Shown here: positions 1-6,618 of the stretch, piece by piece
Position numbering within the stretch: position 1 is the stretch's first letter
How the letters are laid out: the number at the start of each line of letters is the position of its first letter
Origin: a virus
Lineage: Duplodnaviria > Caudoviricetes
Length of the DNA: 60,327 nucleotides
IMG/VR virus record: IMGVR_UViG_3300008113_010061
Span: 1 to 60,327 of that record
Direction: 5' to 3' (one strand)
Notes under the pieces: generated by a model
Told to the model about the DNA's origin: nothing
Database searches by the model: none
Seen by the model: only the letters and a program-made list of their open reading frames with translations
Position numbers and translations under genes: made by a program

Positions 1-177
1 GCCATCGAAGGTGAGACTCACGAATACACCGACATGTATCCTGGCATGGCCAAGACAGCGCGTGACGAAGGTTTTGATGAGATTGCCGATTGGTTTGAGA
101 CTCTGGCCAAGGCAGAACGCAGTCATGCGGGTCGTTTCAAGAAGGCCTTGGATGCCTTTGACGCAGACAACGCATAA
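1..177 (+). CDS. Rubrerythrin/erythrin-family di-iron protein, C-terminal part (5' end outside window)
   Basis: Frame 1 reads [58 protein letters not shown]. GExxE...MYP...A..EGF..IA.WF..LA.AExxH is the second helix pair of the rubrerythrin ferritin-like fold. No C-terminal rubredoxin CxxC domain. Confidence 0.9.
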   Translation, partial: AIEGETHEYTDMYPGMAKTARDEGFDEIADWFETLAKAERSHAGRFKKALDAFDADNA

Positions 178-180
178 ATA
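174..180 (+). promoter_or_regulatory. T4-type late promoter core ATAAATA
   Basis: ATAAATA lies 5 nt before the ATG at 186; the same motif recurs before several structural genes. Confidence 0.55.
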
Positions 181-185
181 GTGCA

Positions 186-347
186 ATGTACGCATTAATC
201 GTAACCTTCATCATCTCTGGTACTGTGCATGAAGCACAGTGGCGTAGCTATGAACGGTTCGAGGAATGCTGGGAGGCCGCCACCATCATAGTGCGCGGCC
301 GCCATGACATGATTGCCCGCTGTGTATTGATAGAGCCTGACAAATGA
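186..347 (+). CDS. Small hypothetical protein (53 aa), not in the ORF track
   Basis: ATG186..TGA347 gives MYALIVTFIISGTVHEAQWRSYERFEECWEAATIIVRGRHDMIARCVLIEPDK. It fills the gap between rubrerythrin and the 351 ORF exactly; hydrophobic N-terminus, two Cys. Confidence 0.65.
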   Translation: MYALIVTFIISGTVHEAQWRSYERFEECWEAATIIVRGRHDMIARCVLIEPDK

Positions 348-350
348 CGC

Positions 351-1277
351 ATGTTTAATTTTTCTGTGTATAATGCTGCGGGTGTGGAAGTTGATCGCCA
401 CAGCATCAACGATGAATTGACCTATGTCGATGGTCGTGTACATCGAGGCAAGAATTGCTACTACAAGGGTGTGGGTGTGCCTTATACGCAGCATACCCTG
501 GATCGATCTGCAATTCCAGATCTCACCGAGTATGAAGTATTGTGCGACTCCAATCTGATCTACATAGGTCCGGTGGTGAGCAAACGATGCTTTGTTGGAA
601 AAACCGGAGTATTTCAGGAACTCTATCAACCCTTCTATCCAGACTTCATTGGTAGCTGCAGCATCAAAGAAGGGCTCATAGTAATAAATTCACTGACCTT
701 TGAAAAGTCCTCGGTGGAAGTTTTTGACTGCATAGAATTTGATAAACAAAACCAGCAGCACTACTACATACTGGACTACAACTGTGGCAGACGGCATTAT
801 GCTGTGCATGATGGTAAACCACAGGATCTGCGTGAGCTCGTGGATTTTATGCTGCAAAATAATTGGAATTTTCTCTGGGACAAGCAGGCCATCAAAGACA
901 TAACAGCCGATGGTCGTGTCAGTGATGTGGCAGATCTATTTCAGTCCAATGAACTAAAGCATAAACTAGGTACTGTGTATGCTGTATTGTACAGCCTGGG
1001 CAATTTGTATCCTGAAAAATATCAGGAATTTCTGCGGTACATGGATTTGAAACATGAGAGCAATCTATCCTATGTACTGAATTCCCTGCTGATACTACGA
1101 GACAACAATGTGGACATCACACCATTGTTGCCCACAGGTTCTATGTCAGAGAACTACAAGCATACGGTCAGAGAATTTTTACTGCAGGGCAAGAATTGTG
1201 CACACTGTGCCTGCGATTTGTTTAAACATCAGGGCGATCAGGTTCGAGATAAATATTTGGCCGCACTGGAGTTTTAA
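351..1277 (+). CDS. Hypothetical protein (308 aa) with C-terminal CxxCxC motif
   Basis: Long ORF in the same direction as its neighbours; ends ...KNCAHCACDLF...; no family recognised. Confidence 0.75.
   Translation: MFNFSVYNAAGVEVDRHSINDELTYVDGRVHRGKNCYYKGVGVPYTQHTLDRSAIPDLTEYEVLCDSNLIYIGPVVSKRCFVGKTGVFQELYQPFYPDFIGSCSIKEGLIVINSLTFEKSSVEVFDCIEFDKQNQQHYYILDYNCGRRHYAVHDGKPQDLRELVDFMLQNNWNFLWDKQAIKDITADGRVSDVADLFQSNELKHKLGTVYAVLYSLGNLYPEKYQEFLRYMDLKHESNLSYVLNSLLILRDNNVDITPLLPTGSMSENYKHTVREFLLQGKNCAHCACDLFKHQGDQVRDKYLAALEF
1249..1255 (+). promoter_or_regulatory. Candidate late promoter (ATAAATA) for the tmRNA precursor
   Basis: ATAAATA about 25 nt upstream of the tmRNA acceptor piece, inside the 3' end of the 351-1277 ORF. 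Confidence 0.4.
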
Positions 1278-1280
1278 GAT

Positions 1281-1598
1281 ATTGCTGTATGAAGCAACCT
1301 GAAATGGGTTCTGGACGCGGGTTCGACTCCCGCCTGGTCCACCAGAAGTGTTGTTTAGGGTGGTATGTAGGAGTTTAACAAGACTCCGAGGACTGGAATT
1401 CCCGACCTGTGAACAGCAGGACACTTCTGATGGGCCAGACATGGTTTCGACAGGGTCAGGAGTAGGCGAGTGGACAGCACGGTAGGCGATGACCGTAAAT
1501 CAAGCAAATCTATAAATGCAAATGACGAAAGTTATGCATTAGCCGCCTAAACACGGCTTAGGGTTTCGCCGGGTTTCCTCGTAACAGAATAACCCGGC
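1281..1598 (+). ncRNA. ssrA: Circularly permuted (two-piece) tmRNA, betaproteobacterial type; tag ANDESYALAA
   Basis: The acceptor piece comes first: T-arm GCGGGTTCGACTCCCGC then CTGGTCC-A-CCA ending at 1344. An intervening segment spans 1345-1431. The coding piece starts GGGCCAG at 1432 (pairs with CTGGTCC, giving the G3-U70 alanyl identity pair), followed by the D-loop-like ACATGGTTTCGAC. Resume codon GCA at 1518, GCA AAT GAC GAA AGT TAT GCA TTA GCC GCC TAA ending 1550, then a terminal hairpin. The 5' boundary is approximate. Confidence 0.93.
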
Positions 1599-1607
1599 AA
1601 ATTTTTT
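1568..1607 (+). terminator. Terminal hairpin/terminator of the tmRNA coding piece
   Basis: GCCGGGTT (1568-1575) ... AACCCGGC (1591-1598), then AAATTTTTT. Confidence 0.6.
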
Positions 1608-1614
1608 ATAAATA
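1607..1614 (+). promoter_or_regulatory. T4 late promoter consensus TATAAATA upstream of pstS
   Basis: Exact TATAAATA in the intergenic region about 80 nt before the pstS ATG. Confidence 0.55.
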
Positions 1615-1621
1615 TATTGGC

Positions 1622-1639
1622 TGGTAATTGAACGGTAAT
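1622..1639 (+). promoter_or_regulatory. Pho-box-like PhoB site
   Basis: TGGTAAT-tgaa-CGGTAAT: direct repeat with 11-bp period resembling the CTGT(C/A)A(T/C)-N4 Pho box, directly upstream of pstS. Confidence 0.55.
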
Positions 1640-1695
1640 ACGCCTGCGTCTAAATATTATAGTACACAGTTGTGTACCTTTATAAGGGCGCAGTA

Positions 1696-2718
1696 ATGAA
1701 AAACCTACTTATAGCTTTACTATGCTTCACCGGTGTTGCATCAGCTGCTGAATTTACTGGAGCAGGTGCTACTTTTCCTTTTCCCATCTATGCCAAGTGG
1801 GCCGAAGCCTACAAAGCACAAACTGGCATTGGCCTAAACTATCAAAGCATTGGTTCAGGTGGTGGTATCAAACAAATCAAAGCCAGGACTGTTGACTTTG
1901 GTGCCAGCGACATGCCGCTCAAACAAGAAGAATTGGACAAAGAAGGTCTTGTACAATTCCCAGCCATCATCGGTGGTGTTGTTCCAGTATTCAACCTTGA
2001 TGGCATTGATGCTGGTAAACTCAAATTAACACCCGATGTAATTGCCAACATTCATCTTGGAAAAATTACAAAATGGAATGATCGAGCAATTGTTGATTTG
2101 AATCCCGGCGTCAATTTACCTGCTATTCCCATTGTAGTAATTCATCGTGCCGATGGTTCTGGCACCACATTTATCTGGACAAACTTTCTGGGCAAAGCCA
2201 ATGCTGACTTTCAAAAGACAGTAGGTGAAGGCACAGCAGTTAAATGGCCAGTTGGTGTAGGCGGTAAAGGCAACGAAGGTGTGGCTGTTCAAGTACAAAG
2301 ACTTAAAGGTGCTTTTGGTTACGTCGAATATGCCTATGCCAAGCGTAATAAGATTCCCTATGCAGCTGTGAAAAATCGCGACGGCAACTTTGTACAGCCC
2401 AGCGATGATACATTCAAAGCAGCAGCCGCAAATGCAGATTGGAAAAATGCACCAGGCATGTATTTGTTACTCACATGGCAAACAGGCAAGGATGCTTGGC
2501 CAGCCACAGGTGCAAGTTTCATCCTCATGCATCGTCAACAAGCAGACGCGTTAACCGGTCGCGCAGTTCTAAAATTCTTTGATTGGAGTTACCGCAACGG
2601 CGGTCAAATGTCAACTGAACTAGAATATGTTCATATGCCAGCCGATGTCATCAAACTAGTTCAGGACAATTGGAAACGAGACTTCCGTGGTCCAGACAAC
2701 AACCCAATCTGGAAATAA
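1696..2718 (+). CDS. pstS: Phosphate ABC transporter periplasmic binding protein PstS
   Basis: Signal peptide MKNLLIALLCFTGVASA; motifs GAGATFP, YQSIGSGGGI, VDFGASD, HRADGSGTT, GGKGNEGV, GYVEYAYA. The ATG at 1696 (AAGGG upstream) is preferred over GTG 1672. Confidence 0.97.
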   Translation: MKNLLIALLCFTGVASAAEFTGAGATFPFPIYAKWAEAYKAQTGIGLNYQSIGSGGGIKQIKARTVDFGASDMPLKQEELDKEGLVQFPAIIGGVVPVFNLDGIDAGKLKLTPDVIANIHLGKITKWNDRAIVDLNPGVNLPAIPIVVIHRADGSGTTFIWTNFLGKANADFQKTVGEGTAVKWPVGVGGKGNEGVAVQVQRLKGAFGYVEYAYAKRNKIPYAAVKNRDGNFVQPSDDTFKAAAANADWKNAPGMYLLLTWQTGKDAWPATGASFILMHRQQADALTGRAVLKFFDWSYRNGGQMSTELEYVHMPADVIKLVQDNWKRDFRGPDNNPIWK

Positions 2719-2727
2719 GGAACAGCC

Positions 2728-4134
2728 ATGAAATTATTTAAAATTTTTGCTATTGTGGCGGCCATGGTAGCAACAACCCCAGCGTTGGCCGATGAGTATA
2801 AAGATACACTGAATATTCTCAGAGAGAAGAATGTAATCACTCAACAAGAATATAATGACAAACTCAAGGCCTATGAAGATAGAGAAGAAAATAAAAAGTT
2901 TGCAGAGCAAAGAATCGACAAAGATGTTAGCGATTCAGTCAAATATAGACAAGCAAGAGCAAACGATGGTTCAGTCACAGAAAATGGACTTGGACTCAAA
3001 TCGAAAGATGGGAACAATACAGCACAGTTTACGGGTAGAATTCACATGGACTATCGACACTACACACCAGATTATGGTGTCGGTCAAACCACGGATTCGT
3101 ATCAGAACTTAGCAGAAGTTCGCCGTGCTAGATTTGGTGTTCGCGGTCAGTTTGCCAAAGACTTTAAGTACCAATTGCTGGCCAATTTCGGTGGAAGCGA
3201 TGGCTTTAGTTCTACGTCAAGCACCGCTGACGAAATGTGGGTTAACTATGCTGCAAATCCAGAGATGCAGTTTCAATTTGGTTTGTTCAAAATGCCGTTC
3301 AGTCTTGAACAGTTGACTAGTTCAAACAATCTTGACTTCATGGAACGCAGTCTCATTGGTCAAAATGATACTGAATTTATTCCTGCCAAAGAAACTGGTT
3401 TTATGCTGCACGGCGTACCAAAACCTGGGTTGACCTATGCAGTGGCAGTCAGCCGAGGCAAGTCAAACAAGAGTGCAGAGTTCGATGGACTTGACTACAT
3501 TGGTCGTATAACCACCAACATTGCCGAGCTCACCGGCAGCAAAGCCTATGTTGCACATCTGGGTGCAGCATACAGCACTGGTGAGATCAAGAGCGGTGTT
3601 GCACCAGCCAGTGGCAGAACAGAATCACGTATGCAGTCTGGTTGGTTTACTGGTACTGCGTTGAGTGGTGCTACTACAAGAACACGCCAAGGATTAGAAG
3701 CAGCTGTTGCATATGATGGCCTTAAAATTCAGGGTGAGCAATTCAATTTCAAATATGATCCTTTGTCTGGCAGCGATCAAGAAATTCGAGGTTATTATGT
3801 TCAGGCACTATATAATCTGACCGGCGAATCACATGCATACAAAGACGGTGTGTTTGGCTGGATCAAACCAAACAATCCCATTGACAAAGGCGGTAAAGGT
3901 GCATGGCAAGTTGGTGTGCGCATGAGCGAGTTTGATGCCAGCGACATCAGCGTAGCCACTGGTAAGTCGAATCGTGCTACTGCCATGACCTATGGCATTA
4001 CCTGGTTCTGCACCGACAATCTGCGATTCATGCTTAACTATGTCGACACCAAATTTGACGCACTAGTAGGCAGTTCCGGCAGTCGTGTAAATGGCGAAAA
4101 AGCCATTATGTTTAGAAGTCAGCTGAGTTTTTGA
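2728..4134 (+). CDS. Phosphate-selective outer-membrane porin (OprO/OprP family)
   Basis: Signal peptide; motifs GRIHMD, VRRARFGVRG, FKMPFSLEQLTSSNNLDFMERS, GYYVQ..Y.LTGE, GAWQ, LRFMLNYV; C-terminal Phe typical of beta-barrels; follows pstS with AAGGA RBS. Confidence 0.92.
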   Translation: MKLFKIFAIVAAMVATTPALADEYKDTLNILREKNVITQQEYNDKLKAYEDREENKKFAEQRIDKDVSDSVKYRQARANDGSVTENGLGLKSKDGNNTAQFTGRIHMDYRHYTPDYGVGQTTDSYQNLAEVRRARFGVRGQFAKDFKYQLLANFGGSDGFSSTSSTADEMWVNYAANPEMQFQFGLFKMPFSLEQLTSSNNLDFMERSLIGQNDTEFIPAKETGFMLHGVPKPGLTYAVAVSRGKSNKSAEFDGLDYIGRITTNIAELTGSKAYVAHLGAAYSTGEIKSGVAPASGRTESRMQSGWFTGTALSGATTRTRQGLEAAVAYDGLKIQGEQFNFKYDPLSGSDQEIRGYYVQALYNLTGESHAYKDGVFGWIKPNNPIDKGGKGAWQVGVRMSEFDASDISVATGKSNRATAMTYGITWFCTDNLRFMLNYVDTKFDALVGSSGSRVNGEKAIMFRSQLSF

Positions 4135-4163
4135 TATATAATTAATGATTTTCATGATGTAAA

Positions 4164-4208
4164 TTCAGGCCCAAACTGTATAGATACTATGCAGGCATTG
4201 GGCCTGAA
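4164..4208 (+). promoter_or_regulatory. Long hairpin upstream of pqqA enclosing a late-promoter-like TATAGATA
   Basis: TTCAGGCCCAA (4164-4174) pairs with TTGGGCCTGAA (4198-4208); inner stem CTGTATAG/CTATGCAG; TATAGATA at 4179-4186. Confidence 0.6.
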
Positions 4209-4225
4209 CAACCTAGGAGAAAACT

Positions 4226-4300
4226 ATGAAGTGGACCACACCCGCAGCTCAAGATATGCGTTTTGGCTTTGAAATCACCATGTATATCGCAAATCGCTAA
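4226..4300 (+). CDS. pqqA: Pyrroloquinoline quinone precursor peptide PqqA (24 aa), not in the ORF track
   Basis: AGGAGA RBS at 4215-4220; ATG4226..TAA4300 gives MKWTTPAAQDMRFGFEITMYIANR. It has the PqqA pattern W-x-x-P...D-x-R-x-G-x-E-x-x-x-Y-x-x-N-R, with the Glu and Tyr (EITMY) that become PQQ. Confidence 0.95.
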   Translation: MKWTTPAAQDMRFGFEITMYIANR

Positions 4301-4329
4301 TTGACATTCTAGTATAGATATATAATAAT
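4301..4329 (+). promoter_or_regulatory. Sigma70-like early promoter for the 4391 gene
   Basis: TTGACA at 4301-4306; TATAATAAT at 4321-4329 (AATAAT at 17-bp spacing). Confidence 0.55.
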
Positions 4330-4390
4330 AGCAGTTGCTGGACCTGTATAAAACCAGCACACATCACTCACAACACAGAAAGGTACCACC

Positions 4391-4660
4391 ATGTCAAATC
4401 TGACACCGTTCGAGATTCGCCTTGAACTTCTAAAAATGGCGAAGGAAATGCTTACCGAAGAGTATTATGGTAAGCGTGATCAAATTAGTCAAGACTGGCA
4501 AGTCAAGGTAGAGTCCGCTAAACTTCACGGACAACAAATACCTGAACACCCAGCACTTCCGCCCTACCCCACAGAAAACGATGTCATTGCCAAGGCACAG
4601 TCCTTGAATGGTTTTGTTTCTAACACACCCTCAGATAAAGTAAGCAAAAAATCTGCCTGA
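4391..4660 (+). CDS. Conserved small protein of T4-like environmental phages (89 aa), function unknown
   Basis: MSNLTPFEIRLELLKMAK...PYPTENDVIAKAQSLNGFVS resembles a recurrent T4-like phage hypothetical protein (from memory); AAGG RBS. Confidence 0.8.
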   Translation: MSNLTPFEIRLELLKMAKEMLTEEYYGKRDQISQDWQVKVESAKLHGQQIPEHPALPPYPTENDVIAKAQSLNGFVSNTPSDKVSKKSA

Positions 4661-4670
4661 TTGGGGGAAC

Positions 4671-4693
4671 GGTACGCTTCGGCGTACCTTCTT
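4671..4693 (+). terminator. C(UUCG)G tetraloop hairpin, probable weak terminator or processing site
   Basis: GGTACGC-TTCG-GCGTACC followed by TTCTT; typical T4-like intergenic hairpin. Confidence 0.65.
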
Positions 4694-4707
4694 AACAAGG
4701 AGAACTC

Positions 4708-5265
4708 ATGCTGAACAGACACATTGTTCGACGTTTTTTAGTTAGTGCCACGTTATTTTCCGTATTTGTAGCCGGCATCAATACACTGTATCAAACTCAG
4801 GCGCAGGCTCGCATGGCCCAGGAAATCCAAAGCCAACGCATTGCTGCCGAGCGCACCAAAAAGAAATTGGTAGAAGCCAAACTCAATCGCGAAATTACCT
4901 GCATGGCTCGCAACATCTATTTTGAAAGTGCCAGCGAGCCCATCAAGGGCAAGATTGCCGTGGCTCAGGTCACCATGAACAGAGTCAACAGCGGTCAATT
5001 TCCTGCATCGGTCTGCGGTGTTGTACACCAAAAGACTCACTACGAAGGTTTGACTGTATGTCAGTTCAGCTGGGTCTGTGAAGGCAATTTGAAGATTCGC
5101 GCACCGCATCTCTATGAAGAAAGTCTGCGCGTAGCTCGTCGCGTCATGCTGGATGGTGTGCGTCTACCAGAACTGCAGGGTGCCAAATACTTCCATGCTA
5201 CCTATGTACAGCCTGGTTGGAATAAACAACCCAAGGCTCGCATTGGTAACCATATTTTCTATTGA
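4708..5265 (+). CDS. SleB-like cell wall hydrolase (Hydrolase_2)
   Basis: N-terminal hydrophobic anchor; CMARNIYFE, GKIAVAQVTMNRV, FPASVCGVVHQ, CQFSW, YFHATYVQPGW, IGNHIFY. Confidence 0.92.
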   Translation: MLNRHIVRRFLVSATLFSVFVAGINTLYQTQAQARMAQEIQSQRIAAERTKKKLVEAKLNREITCMARNIYFESASEPIKGKIAVAQVTMNRVNSGQFPASVCGVVHQKTHYEGLTVCQFSWVCEGNLKIRAPHLYEESLRVARRVMLDGVRLPELQGAKYFHATYVQPGWNKQPKARIGNHIFY

Positions 5266-5290
5266 CAGCTTGTAAAACTTGCCTTATACT
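5262..5290 (+). promoter_or_regulatory. Sigma70 early promoter
   Basis: TTGACA (5262-5267), 17-bp spacer, TATACT (5285-5290), upstream of the glycosyltransferase-gp33-gp59-gp32 run. Confidence 0.8.
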
Positions 5291-5354
5291 GATATATAAC
5301 AGTGCAGTGAATGTTGAACTGTATTATTTTAACTGAAACGGAGAATGATTCAAT

Positions 5355-6287
5355 ATGAGTACTAAACTCAAGCCGCCTGTGAAGGCGCCCAGCAAAGTCA
5401 ATCCCCTGTTTGTCAACAAACAGGCCGAAGCGCCCAGACAGAAATCGGTGTTTATTGCTACTCCGATGTTCGGTGGTCAGTGCAACTACATGTACATGAT
5501 CAGCCTGATCAATCTGCTGACCAAGCTAAGTCAGGCTGGCATACCCACCATGTTCGAAGTCGCAGCCAATGAAAGTTTAATTACCAAGGCTCGCAACATC
5601 CTGGTTGAAGGCTTCTTAAAAAGTCAGGCCACGCATTTACTGTTCATCGATGCCGATCTGGGCTTTGATGCCGATGATGTGATTCGCATGATTCAAGCCG
5701 ACAAGGACATCATTGGTGGACAGTATGCCAAGAAGAAAATGAACTGGGATGCTGTTAAACATGTTGTCAGCAGTCGTCCTGACATTCCACCACATGCCAT
5801 CAATGCTGTGATTGCCGAATCCACCTTCAAGCCTGTGGGTGATAGTTTAACCTTTAACATCAATGAACCAGTAGAAGTAGAAAGCATTGCCACTGGTATG
5901 ATGTTGGTTAACCGTCGAGTGTTTACTGAGATGGCGGCACGCATGCCTGATATCCGCATCATCAGCGGCGGTTCAGAAACCATGGATCCAGCCACCATGA
6001 CACGTCGAGCCGATGCTCCGCGCGAAGCTCATGCCTATTTTGATGTCAGCATCGATGAAGCCACGCGTGCCTATACCAGCGAAGACTTTACCTTCTGCAA
6101 ACGCTGGCGACAACTAGGCGGCCAGATTTTCTTGGCACCCTGGACTCGCACAGTACACGTTGGCACCTATGAGTATGTCTGCGATCTCATGGCCACAGCG
6201 CAGTGGATGCAGCCACAGCAACCCCCGCCACCTCCGCAGACTTCGCCTCTTTTTAGCGGAACTGTGCCTCAGGCCAGGGCAGCGTAA
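5355..6287 (+). CDS. GT-A fold glycosyltransferase-like protein
   Basis: VFIATPMFGG, ESLITKARN, THLLFIDAD (DxD), ATGMML, SEDFTFCKRWRQLGGQIF, H.G.Y; Pro-rich tail. Confidence 0.8.
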   Translation: MSTKLKPPVKAPSKVNPLFVNKQAEAPRQKSVFIATPMFGGQCNYMYMISLINLLTKLSQAGIPTMFEVAANESLITKARNILVEGFLKSQATHLLFIDADLGFDADDVIRMIQADKDIIGGQYAKKKMNWDAVKHVVSSRPDIPPHAINAVIAESTFKPVGDSLTFNINEPVEVESIATGMMLVNRRVFTEMAARMPDIRIISGGSETMDPATMTRRADAPREAHAYFDVSIDEATRAYTSEDFTFCKRWRQLGGQIFLAPWTRTVHVGTYEYVCDLMATAQWMQPQQPPPPPQTSPLFSGTVPQARAA

Positions 6288-6618
6288 TGGGTGGCATCAA
6301 CGATAGAGTTCAGAGTCAGAGTGCCTTGGGTCTGGTGTTGACTGGACCCAATGGCGAAGTCAAGGTTAATAAAAATGTGGATGCACAGGGCGAAAATCTA
6401 ACCAATGAATTTGTTATCACCAAACAATTCAACAGGTGCTGGCTCAGAGTCGTCTGGATCGTATCAGCAGCATGGATACCATCATCAATTACTGCACTGA
6501 AAAAGACATAGACATTGAAGCCGTGGCTCCCCTGATCAATCCAGTACTCAAAGAACGTATTCGTTTTGAAGCCGAAGAAGCCAACCTTATGAAACGCAGC
6601 GCCCGACTACCACTATGA
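6287..6618 (+). pseudogene. gp33: gp33 late-transcription coactivator, split by a frameshift near 6431-6435 (probably an assembly indel)
   Basis: The second frame (6436-6618) ISSMDTIINYCTEKDIDIEAVAPLINPVLKERIRFEAEEANLMKRSARLPL is gp33-like and lies before gp59. The first frame (from 6287, TAATG-coupled) supplies the N-terminus up to ...EFVITKQFN. Confidence 0.7.

Noticed and set aside
195-629. 144-aa minus-strand ORF and the many other antisense or alternate-frame ORFs in the track
   Set aside because: They overlap well-supported genes, lack RBS and motifs, and are shadows of codon bias.
1310-1344. tRNA gene or prophage att site (T-arm plus CCA)
   Set aside because: There is no anticodon arm, the complementary 5' strand lies downstream at 1432 with a tag frame, and no integrase is nearby. 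It is the acceptor piece of a permuted tmRNA.
1-4300. Host chromosomal DNA flanking a prophage
   Set aside because: The genes are stripped of their bacterial operon partners (no pstCAB, pqqB-E or smpB) and are interleaved with T4-type late promoter motifs, which favours a phage accessory island. Read mapping is still needed to exclude a chimera.
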